The notes beneath the pieces were generated by a model that worked only from the letters and a program-made list of their open reading frames with translations, searched no databases and was not told the origin of the DNA. The translations under genes and the position numbers were made by a program. From Breznakia sp. PF5-3 (GTDB taxonomy: Bacteria > Bacillota_I > Bacilli_A > Erysipelotrichales > Erysipelotrichaceae), in NCBI RefSeq assembly GCF_029504745.1, contig NZ_JAQFIQ010000068.1, forward strand, positions 1 to 6,678: DNA of 6,678 nt, given 5' to 3'. Below are positions 1 to 5,834 of the stretch, piece after piece (within the stretch, counting starts at the first letter, position 1; every line of letters starts with the position of its first letter).

Positions 1-43
1 TTGTATAATTGTATCTTCTGTTCTCTTAGTAACTTCGACATAT

Positions 44-88
44 AAAAATGCACCTCCTTTTATTTGGGTGTCCAAATAACGGGGTGCA
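44..88 (-). terminator. Rho-independent terminator downstream of the DUF815 ATPase gene
   Basis: Read on the minus strand, an imperfect hairpin starts about 20 nt after the stop codon (109-111). The outer stem is TGCACC/GGTGCA (plus coords 83-88 with 49-54). The inner stem is TTATTTGG/CCAAATAA around the loop ACAC. A TTTTT run follows (plus 44-48). Confidence 0.6.
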
Positions 89-108
89 CTTCATTCTGTA
101 TTGCTTTT

Positions 109-1305
109 TTATTCATCAACATTTTCTTTGATTTTTTGTAGCTCAACAAATTGTTTTGCCGTTCTTGGACTTCTTCCATTATTCCTTAAAGCAAAAACTT
201 CTGCTTCCTTAATTAACTCTTCACCTTGAAGCGCTAAGTTATTTTCCTTTGCTAGTTGCTCAACAATTTCCAAAAACAAATCTTTCCCTGGTTTTTGGAA
301 TGTTACGGTTAAGCCAAACCGTGCTGCCAAACTCATTGTTTCTTGAATCGAATCATTGGTAAACAGTTCATCATGATTGCGATCTTTCATACTCTCCTTC
401 ACAAAATGACGGCGATTCGTCGTAGCATAAATTACAATATTCTTTGTATTTCCTGCCACACCACCTTCTAATATCGTTTTCAATGCAACAAAGTTATCAT
501 CATTTCCATTAAAACTCAAATCATCAATAAAAATAATAAACTTCAATGGATTTTTAGCTAATTCATCAATTATTTCAGGCAATTGAAATAATTGGTGTTT
601 TTTTAGTTCAACCAATCGTAACCCTTGCTTATAATATGCATTCGCAATTGCTTTTACAGTAGAACTTTTCCCCGTCCCTGCATCACCATATAATAAAACA
701 TTACTTGCTTTCATTCCCTTTAAAAAAGCTTCTGTGTTTTTAATCACCATTTCACGCTCACGTTCATAACCAATTAAATCTTGTAAACGTTGTGGATCTG
801 GATGTTTTATTGGTACTAAGTGTTGATCACGTAATGCAAATACATGATATTTTGCATATACTCCATATCCTTCAACAGCTAAATTATCAATCTTTTCTAA
901 ATAAGCTTTTTTAAAATGATAGTTTGTATTTTTCCACTTTGGTAAAAAACCACTATACGGAACATCCTTTACTATTTCTTTTGAAGAAAATTTGCTCAAC
1001 TCTTGTATAACACCTAGTTCATACATCGTTGCTTGTTCAATCATTTTTTCTACTGGTTTTCCTTGCGCCATTCTTTTGATATAAATATTATCATCATCCA
1101 TGACATAACGATATAAATAACGACTGAGGTTTGTATCATATTTATATAATGTAGATGTAAAATCACAATAACAATTTACAAAGTTATCAACTTCCAATGT
1201 ATTGCAATCTAACAAGATTCTAAATTTCACAATTACTTCTTCATCCAATAGGCTGCGAAAAATTGTTAAACTGTTTAATTTCTTTTGCATTTCTTTAAAC
1301 TTCAT
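109..1305 (-). CDS. AAA+ P-loop ATPase of the DUF815 type (PF05673-like), function unknown
   Basis: The 398-aa ORF has the SD AAGGGGG (1314-1320, minus strand) 8 nt upstream of the ATG. Walker A GDAGTGKS lies at aa 207-214 (nt 664-687, verified by back-translation). Walker B-like FIIFIDD is at aa 256-262 and a sensor-like TTNRRH at aa 295-300. The LLYGDAGTGKSSTVKA context and overall length match my memory of DUF815 ATP-binding proteins. The N-terminal ~190 aa carry no motif I recognise. Confidence 0.85.
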   Translation of the reverse strand: MKFKEMQKKLNSLTIFRSLLDEEVIVKFRILLDCNTLEVDNFVNCYCDFTSTLYKYDTNLSRYLYRYVMDDDNIYIKRMAQGKPVEKMIEQATMYELGVIQELSKFSSKEIVKDVPYSGFLPKWKNTNYHFKKAYLEKIDNLAVEGYGVYAKYHVFALRDQHLVPIKHPDPQRLQDLIGYEREREMVIKNTEAFLKGMKASNVLLYGDAGTGKSSTVKAIANAYYKQGLRLVELKKHQLFQLPEIIDELAKNPLKFIIFIDDLSFNGNDDNFVALKTILEGGVAGNTKNIVIYATTNRRHFVKESMKDRNHDELFTNDSIQETMSLAARFGLTVTFQKPGKDLFLEIVEQLAKENNLALQGEELIKEAEVFALRNNGRSPRTAKQFVELQKIKENVDE

Positions 1306-1360
1306 CTTTTACGCCCCCTTAATTATGATATAATTGTATCATTAATTAAAGGAGTTTACT
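1306..1360. promoter_or_regulatory. Compact divergent promoter/operator region between the DUF815 gene and ilvA
   Basis: On the plus strand there is an extended -10 TGaTATAAT (1326-1334) and the SD AAAGGAG (1348-1354) 6 nt before the ATG at 1361. On the minus strand there is a -10-like TACAAT (complement of 1333-1338) and the SD AAGGGGG (1314-1320). The two -10 boxes overlap face to face inside an imperfect 31-bp palindrome (1319-1349). No good -35 is visible for either direction. Confidence 0.55.
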
Positions 1361-2566
1361 ATGCTTACATTAGACAAAATATACCAAGCAAGCTATGTTT
1401 TAAAAGAAGTTATTCGCAATACTTCATTGATTGCTGCAACCAATATTCCAAGTGAAAATAACCTGTATTTAAAAACAGAAAATCTGCAATTGACAGGTAG
1501 TTTTAAGATTCGAGGATCTTACTTCAAAATTAGTCAACTTAGTGACGAAGAAAAGAAGAAAGGTATTATCGCTTGTAGTGCAGGTAATCATGCACAAGGA
1601 GTTGCTTTAGCAGCACAAAAGAATAATATTCCTTGCTTGATTTGTATGTCTGATAGTGCACCGATTAGTAAAATAGAAGCTACTAGAAGTTATGGAGCTG
1701 AAATATGCCTTGTAGAAGGTACTTATGATGATGCATATAGAAAAGCTTTAGAATTACAAAAAGAGAAGGGGTATACATTGATTCACCCTTTTGATGATGA
1801 AGATGTCATTGCTGGGCAAGGAACTGTAGGTTTAGAAATTCTTGAACAATTAGATGATGTTGATGCAGTCGTTGTTCCTGTTGGTGGTGGTGGACTCATT
1901 AGTGGCCTTGCTTATGCAATCAAGACATTACAACCATCATGCAAAGTATATGGAGTTCAAGCTGCTGGTGCTGCAAGCATGTATGAAGCATGTAAATGCA
2001 AGCAAATCACAACCTTAGAATCTATTAATACCTTTGCAGATGGAATTGCCGTTATGCGAGCAGGCGAATTAACTTACGATTTAGTACAAAACTATGTAGA
2101 TGAAATCATTACCGTATCTGATGATGAAATCGCTGCTGCTATCTTGATGTTAATGGAAAAAGAAAAGCTTGTTGCAGAAGGTGCTGGAGCAGTCTCTGTT
2201 GCTGCAGCAATGTTTAATAAATTACCTCTAAAAAATAAGAATGTTGTATGTGTTGTCAGTGGTGGTAACATTGATGTTAACATTTTAGATAGAGTAATCA
2301 CTAGAGGGTTACTAATGAGTGGACGTAAAACTTCATTAACAATTGCACTTGTTGATAAACCAGGGCAACTAGAAGGAGTTAGCCGCACCATCAGTAAATG
2401 TGGTGGAAATGTAGTTGCAGTTAATTACGACAATGGTGATCCTGATATGGATATAAATAGCTGTTTCCTAAAAATTACAATGGAAACTAAAAATCACAAG
2501 CATATCGAAGATATTAAGCACGAGCTTTCAAGTCAAGGATTTGAAATTGTAAAAGAAAGAACATAA
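1361..2566 (+). CDS. ilvA: Threonine ammonia-lyase (threonine dehydratase), PLP-dependent, with a single C-terminal ACT-like regulatory domain
   Basis: The 401-aa ORF carries the PLP-lysine motif TGSFKIRG (K49 = AAG at 1505-1507), SAGNHAQGVA, and the glycine loop PVGGGGLISG. The tail at about aa 323-397 (SLTIALVDKPGQLEGV...FEIV) looks ACT-like. Length and architecture fit the short Bacillus-type IlvA rather than the ~330-aa catabolic TdcB. The SD is strong. Confidence 0.9.
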   Translation: MLTLDKIYQASYVLKEVIRNTSLIAATNIPSENNLYLKTENLQLTGSFKIRGSYFKISQLSDEEKKKGIIACSAGNHAQGVALAAQKNNIPCLICMSDSAPISKIEATRSYGAEICLVEGTYDDAYRKALELQKEKGYTLIHPFDDEDVIAGQGTVGLEILEQLDDVDAVVVPVGGGGLISGLAYAIKTLQPSCKVYGVQAAGAASMYEACKCKQITTLESINTFADGIAVMRAGELTYDLVQNYVDEIITVSDDEIAAAILMLMEKEKLVAEGAGAVSVAAAMFNKLPLKNKNVVCVVSGGNIDVNILDRVITRGLLMSGRKTSLTIALVDKPGQLEGVSRTISKCGGNVVAVNYDNGDPDMDINSCFLKITMETKNHKHIEDIKHELSSQGFEIVKERT

Positions 2567-2617
2567 AAAAAGGAATAGATGTCAATTGAGAGAGTACGAC
2601 ATCTATTCTTTTCTTTT
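2565..2617. terminator. Bidirectional rho-independent terminator shared by convergent ilvA and the surface-protein gene
   Basis: A perfect 11-bp stem GAATAGATGTC (2573-2583) / GACATCTATTC (2598-2608) encloses a 14-nt loop. It is flanked by an A-run (2565-2571) and by TTTTCTTTT (2609-2617), so either strand reads hairpin plus U-tract. It sits directly between the two stop codons (2564-2566 and 2620-2622). Confidence 0.8.
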
Positions 2618-2619
2618 AA

Positions 2620-3501
2620 TTAATTTTCTTTTCTTAAAAATTTATAGCCAGTTAATCCTGCTAACCCAGCCAATAATAATACCATGTAGAACGAAAGGTT
2701 CGTAGTATCACCTGTTGCTGGTGCACTTAGTCCAGCAGCAGCTGGAACGATAACTGTTGAACCATCTTCTTTTACTGTAACGATAAGACTTGTTGTTTTA
2801 CCGCCAGCAATTTCTGCAGTGATTGTAGCTGTACCTTCAGATAATCCTGTGATTCTTACAAGTCCTTGCCAGCTAAATGCACCTGTTAAATCTTCTTCAT
2901 CAATCAATTCTATTTTAACAACACTTGTATCGCTATTTCTGACTGTTACTTCTCCAGGATTGATATTCCAATTTTCTGGTAAAAATTCAACCCATACATC
3001 TTTTGTTTCACCTTTTTTTAATGAAACTGCTGATTCATCAAATCTAATTTCTGAAACATTTACTTCTTTTACTTTAAATTCAACTATCATTGAATATGAT
3101 GTAACATCATCTTCATTATAAGTTATTTTCATTGCAACATTTCCTGCTGCTTCACCAAATAATAATACACCCATAAAGTATGTATCATCTTTTTCAATTA
3201 GGATACTTCCTGTCTCATCAGTTGGATATGCCATTGATGCAGTAACATCTTCAAAGACTACTTTGCTTGCATCGATTCCCCCTGGAATAAATGTTTCTAA
3301 GTTTACAACATTCATATCTTCAAGTGAAGTTGAGTTTTCATTAATTAATACTGGATCCAATTCCGCATAATTTGCTAAAAATGCATCTTTATCAAAAAAT
3401 ACTGGATCTGTACCTTCTGCAAATACAGATGTTGGCATCACTAATGTAAATGCCATGATGAAAGCTAAAACACTTCCAAAAAATAATTTTATTTTTTTCA
3501 T
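2620..3501 (-). CDS. Secreted cell-surface protein: signal peptide, unassigned acidic beta-rich N-domain, Big_2 Ig-like domain and a sortase-type C-terminal anchor
   Basis: The 293-aa ORF has the SD GGAGG (complement of 3506-3510) 4 nt upstream of the ATG, which is shorter than optimal spacing. Its N-terminus is MKKIKLFFGSVLAFIMAFTLVMPTSVFA|EG. The Big_2-like segment ends ...GLSEGTATITAEIAGGKTTSLIVTVKE. The C-terminus is SAPATG-DTTNLS-FYMVLLLAGLAGLTGY-KFLRKEN. Confidence 0.85.
   Translation of the reverse strand: MKKIKLFFGSVLAFIMAFTLVMPTSVFAEGTDPVFFDKDAFLANYAELDPVLINENSTSLEDMNVVNLETFIPGGIDASKVVFEDVTASMAYPTDETGSILIEKDDTYFMGVLLFGEAAGNVAMKITYNEDDVTSYSMIVEFKVKEVNVSEIRFDESAVSLKKGETKDVWVEFLPENWNINPGEVTVRNSDTSVVKIELIDEEDLTGAFSWQGLVRITGLSEGTATITAEIAGGKTTSLIVTVKEDGSTVIVPAAAGLSAPATGDTTNLSFYMVLLLAGLAGLTGYKFLRKEN
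2623..2727 (-). other. Tripartite cell-wall sorting signal with the non-canonical motif SAPATG
   Basis: Nt 2710-2727 back-translate to AGT GCA CCA GCA ACA GGT, which is S-A-P-A-T-G. A 6-aa spacer, a 16-aa hydrophobic stretch and the basic tail KFLRKEN follow. This is the layout of LPXTG-type sortase substrates, but Ala replaces Leu at position 1 of the pentapeptide. Confidence 0.55.
2767..3063 (-). other. Bacterial Ig-like domain, group 2 (Big_2-like), aa ~147-245
   Basis: The pattern is V.(E)I.F....V.L..G.T..V.V...P......(E)V...SD..VV......G.V...G.SEGTATITA....GK....IVTV. This matches my memory of the Big_2 consensus. No HMM was run. Confidence 0.6.
3418..3501 (-). other. Sec signal peptide of the surface protein (aa 1-28, predicted cleavage VFA|EG)
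   Basis: It has a basic n-region (MKKIK), a hydrophobic core (LFFGSVLAFIMAFTLVM) and an AXA-like site (SVFA). Confidence 0.75.
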
Positions 3502-3621
3502 TTTCCCTCCTGAAACTTCGCTATTTTACTCTCTCTACTATTTAGACAGTATAAAAGAAAAAAACGTTCGATTTTTTTACTAATATAAGGAGCATACTTT
3601 ATCATTTCCATATCTAAATAT

Positions 3622-3652
3622 AAAAAAATAACCATTTCAATGAAATGATTAC
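3622..3652 (-). terminator. Rho-independent terminator of mnmG (AT-rich stem overlapping the stop codon)
   Basis: The minus-strand RNA reads G-UAAUCAUUUC-AUU-GAAAUGGUUA-UUUUUUU. That gives about 10 bp, including one G-U pair, a 3-nt loop and a 7-U tract (plus 3622-3628). The stem is weak because it is AT-rich. Confidence 0.55.
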
Positions 3653-5511
3653 TTTTCTTTATTTGTTTGTTTTTTCAAATAGATCATCAACACTGCAATA
3701 TCAGCAGGATTTACCCCACTAATTCGTGATGCTTGCCCTACAGTAAGGGGGCGAACTTTTGATAATTTTTGATGTGCTTCTAAAGATAAATTTTCTACTT
3801 TGTCATAATCAATATGAGCTGGAAGTTTTAAATTATCCATACTGAGCAACCGTTCGGCTTCCTTTTTTGCCTTCACAATATATCCTTCATATTTCACTTC
3901 AATCTCAACAGCTTGAATAACTTCTTCATCCACATCAAAATCCAAATATGGTTTTAAAACCTTTAATTCTACTTTAGGTCTTTTTAATAATTCATATGCT
4001 GATATTCCATCATCTAGCATTTCATATCCAATTGTTTGCAAATATTCATTGATATCCGATTTAGGCGTAAAGCGAATTTCATGCAACCTTGATAATAATT
4101 GTTTCATTTTATCTTGCTTATCACAGAATCGTAAATATCTTTCTTTTTTCAATAACCCAATCTTATACCCATATGTACTCAATCTTTGATCCGCATTATC
4201 GTGACGCAATAACAAGCGATACTCAGCCCTACTTGTTAGTAAACGATAAGGTTCTTTTGTTCCTTTATTTACTAAATCATCAATCATTACACCAATATAT
4301 GCTTCATCACGTCGTAAGATAAATGGTTCTTTTCCTTCTTGTTTTAAACAAGCATTAATCGCTGCCATCAACCCTTGAGCTGCAGCTTCTTCATATCCAC
4401 TTGTTCCATTAATCTGCCCAGCAGTATATAAATTATCCACTTTTTTACTTTCTAATGTTGGCTTACATTGTAATGGGTCAATTGCATCATACTCAATTGC
4501 ATATCCATATATTTCAATTTTCGCATTCTCTAAACCTGGTAAAGAATGAATCATCTTTTCTTGAATATCATATGGCATAGAAGTTGAAAATCCTTGTACA
4601 TAAGTAGTATCTAAAGAACGACTTTCTGGTTCTAAAAAGATTTGGTGACGTTCCTTATCTTTAAATCTTACCAATTTGTCTTCAATCGATGGACAATACC
4701 TTGGACCTACCCCTTCTACTAACCCCGAGTACATTGCACTCTTGTCTAAATTACTATTTATTACATCATGTGTTTCTTTACTTGTATATGTTAGATAACA
4801 TACCTCTTGTTTTGCAAAAGGTAAAATTTTTTTTGTTTCATAACTAAAAGATACAAATTCTTCACTTCCTGGTTGCATCTCTGTTTTAGAAAAATCAATT
4901 GTATCAGTTTTTACTCTTGCTGGTGTTCCTGTTTTCAAACGAAAAGTTTCAATTCCCAACGCTCGTAAAGAAGCAGATAAATTATTTGTCGTTGGCTCAT
5001 TATCAGGACCGCTTTCCGTTGCTGTATGTCCAATCAAAATCTTTCCACTCATATAAGTTCCCGTTGTAAGAATAACACTTTTGGCATACACTATTTCACC
5101 TGAAGTTAAGCGAACTCCTTTTGTAACTCCATCTTCCACTACCAATTCTTCAATCATTGCTTCTCTAATCATAAGGTTATCTGTATTTAATAATACCTTT
5201 TGCATATATTTAGAATACTCTAATTTATCACTTTGTACTCTTAAACATCGTACACCTGGACCTTTGTTTGTATTCAACATTTTAAACTGTAACGCTGTAG
5301 CATCTGCAGCTTTTCCCATTTCGCCACCCAATGCATCAATCTCTCTTACAACAATTCCTTTTGCAGGTCCTCCTACAGATGGATTACATGGCATTTTTGC
5401 AATTGCATTAATATCTAACGTGAACAAAACCGTCTGCTTATTCATTCTAGCACACGCTAAAGCAGCTTCTACACCTGCATGTCCCCCACCTACAACGATT
5501 ATATCAACCAT
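3649..5511 (-). CDS. mnmG: tRNA uridine 5-carboxymethylaminomethyl modification enzyme MnmG (GidA)
   Basis: The 620-aa ORF begins with the FAD-binding N-terminus MVDIIVVGGGHAGVEAALACARM. It contains the characteristic MPCNPSVGGPAKG, GPRYCPSIEDK and FLEPE motifs, and QINGTSGYEEAAAQG. The C-terminal helical domain ends ...GVNPADIAVLMIYL. The SD GAGAGGTG (complement of 5517-5524) lies 5 nt from the ATG. Confidence 0.97.
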   Translation of the reverse strand: MVDIIVVGGGHAGVEAALACARMNKQTVLFTLDINAIAKMPCNPSVGGPAKGIVVREIDALGGEMGKAADATALQFKMLNTNKGPGVRCLRVQSDKLEYSKYMQKVLLNTDNLMIREAMIEELVVEDGVTKGVRLTSGEIVYAKSVILTTGTYMSGKILIGHTATESGPDNEPTTNNLSASLRALGIETFRLKTGTPARVKTDTIDFSKTEMQPGSEEFVSFSYETKKILPFAKQEVCYLTYTSKETHDVINSNLDKSAMYSGLVEGVGPRYCPSIEDKLVRFKDKERHQIFLEPESRSLDTTYVQGFSTSMPYDIQEKMIHSLPGLENAKIEIYGYAIEYDAIDPLQCKPTLESKKVDNLYTAGQINGTSGYEEAAAQGLMAAINACLKQEGKEPFILRRDEAYIGVMIDDLVNKGTKEPYRLLTSRAEYRLLLRHDNADQRLSTYGYKIGLLKKERYLRFCDKQDKMKQLLSRLHEIRFTPKSDINEYLQTIGYEMLDDGISAYELLKRPKVELKVLKPYLDFDVDEEVIQAVEIEVKYEGYIVKAKKEAERLLSMDNLKLPAHIDYDKVENLSLEAHQKLSKVRPLTVGQASRISGVNPADIAVLMIYLKKQTNKEK

Positions 5512-5715
5512 GAAATCACCTCTCGATACTTTATTATACTATAATAATTCAAATATCCTATACTTTTTTTAATATTAACAAATATAGCTAAAATTATTAG
5601 GGATTTATATTTAAAATATGAATATTTTTATTAAAACTAACATCTCAATTTCCCCTCTATAACAGCATGATTCCTGCTTTGTAAGCGTTTACACGTTAAA
5701 AATGTTGCTTTTTTT

Positions 5716-5744
5716 TTGCATTTTATATTCATTTTGTATATAAT
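5716..5744 (+). promoter_or_regulatory. Sigma-A-type promoter for the 5835-6584 gene
   Basis: The -35 TTGCAT (5716-5721) is separated by exactly 17 nt from the -10 TATAAT (5739-5744). A T9 tract and AT-rich UP-like sequence (5695-5717) lie upstream. The predicted transcription start is near 5751. Confidence 0.7.
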
Positions 5745-5750
5745 GCAGTG

Positions 5751-5770
5751 GTTGCGTATTTTTTCGCAAC
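5751..5770 (+). promoter_or_regulatory. GC-rich inverted repeat GTTGCG-N8-CGCAAC at the predicted transcription start (operator or 5'-terminal stem-loop)
   Basis: The perfect 6-bp arms are 5751-5756 and 5765-5770, with the spacer TATTTTTT. It starts 7 nt downstream of the -10 box. It is the only GC-rich element in an otherwise AT-rich 323-bp intergenic region. Confidence 0.5.
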
Positions 5771-5834
5771 AGGTAGTTGTAAGAATAGATACTAATCATT
5801 ATCCGCGATTTTGCGAAAAGGAGAAGGACTATTT

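Noticed and set aside
4-15. Exact 12-mer TATAATTGTATC shared with the divergent-promoter palindrome (1329-1340)
   Set aside because: With this base composition, a few exact 12-mer repeats are expected by chance in 6.7 kb (rough estimate, order of a few). The flanks do not match.
2092-2391. 99-aa ORF antisense to ilvA
   Set aside because: It lies entirely inside a well-supported CDS on the opposite strand. Its translation is Ser/Thr/Ala/Pro-rich and low in complexity, as expected of a shadow frame, and I see no SD.
2819-3121. 100-aa ORF antisense to the surface-protein gene
   Set aside because: It is a shadow ORF within a CDS that has a signal peptide, Big_2 domain and anchor on the other strand. 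It is Ser/Thr-rich, has no recognisable motif and has no SD.
3558-3578. A7-CGTTCGA-T7 symmetric element in the surface-protein upstream region
   Set aside because: The stem would consist only of A-U pairs with a poorly pairing centre. It is too weak to call a terminator or operator, and homopolymer runs are common in AT-rich intergenic DNA.
3498-3611. 37-codon open frame on the minus strand (MEMIKYAPYISKKIERFF...) ending in an ATGA overlap with the surface-protein start
   Set aside because: It has no SD. Its ATG follows the mnmG terminator U-tract directly, leaving no room for a promoter. An open frame of this length is only mildly unlikely by chance. It may still be worth a look in ribosome-profiling data.
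4089-4322. 77-aa ORF antisense to mnmG
   Set aside because: It lies inside the unambiguous mnmG coding region, has no SD and gives an implausible peptide.
5081-5572. 163-aa ORF antisense to the 5' end of mnmG, running into the intergenic region
   Set aside because: It mirrors the highly conserved FAD-binding N-terminus of MnmG. Its composition is low-complexity Ser/Thr/Pro/Ala, and no SD precedes its ATG.
5653-5662. CCCTCTATAA resembling the 3' half of a preQ1-I riboswitch (ACCCUCUAUAAAAA)
   Set aside because: No complementary AGAGG P1 strand occurs in the 10-20 nt upstream on the plus strand. No plus-strand gene follows without its own promoter, and the minus-strand reading also lacks the pairing partner.
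5811-5834. TTG start at 5811 proposed by the ORF track for the 257-aa protein
   Set aside because: No SD precedes the TTG, and it lies inside the segment that forms the SD for the ATG at 5835. The ATG gives a canonical basic n-region (MKAKK) for a signal/anchor sequence.
5512-5834. Possible oriC or DnaA-box cluster, given the proximity of mnmG/gidA to origins in many bacteria
   Set aside because: Only isolated imperfect boxes are present: TTATCCGCG at 5799-5807 with 2 mismatches, and TTATCCACT at 4433-4441 inside mnmG. There is no cluster and no dnaA or dnaN nearby, so AT-richness alone is insufficient.
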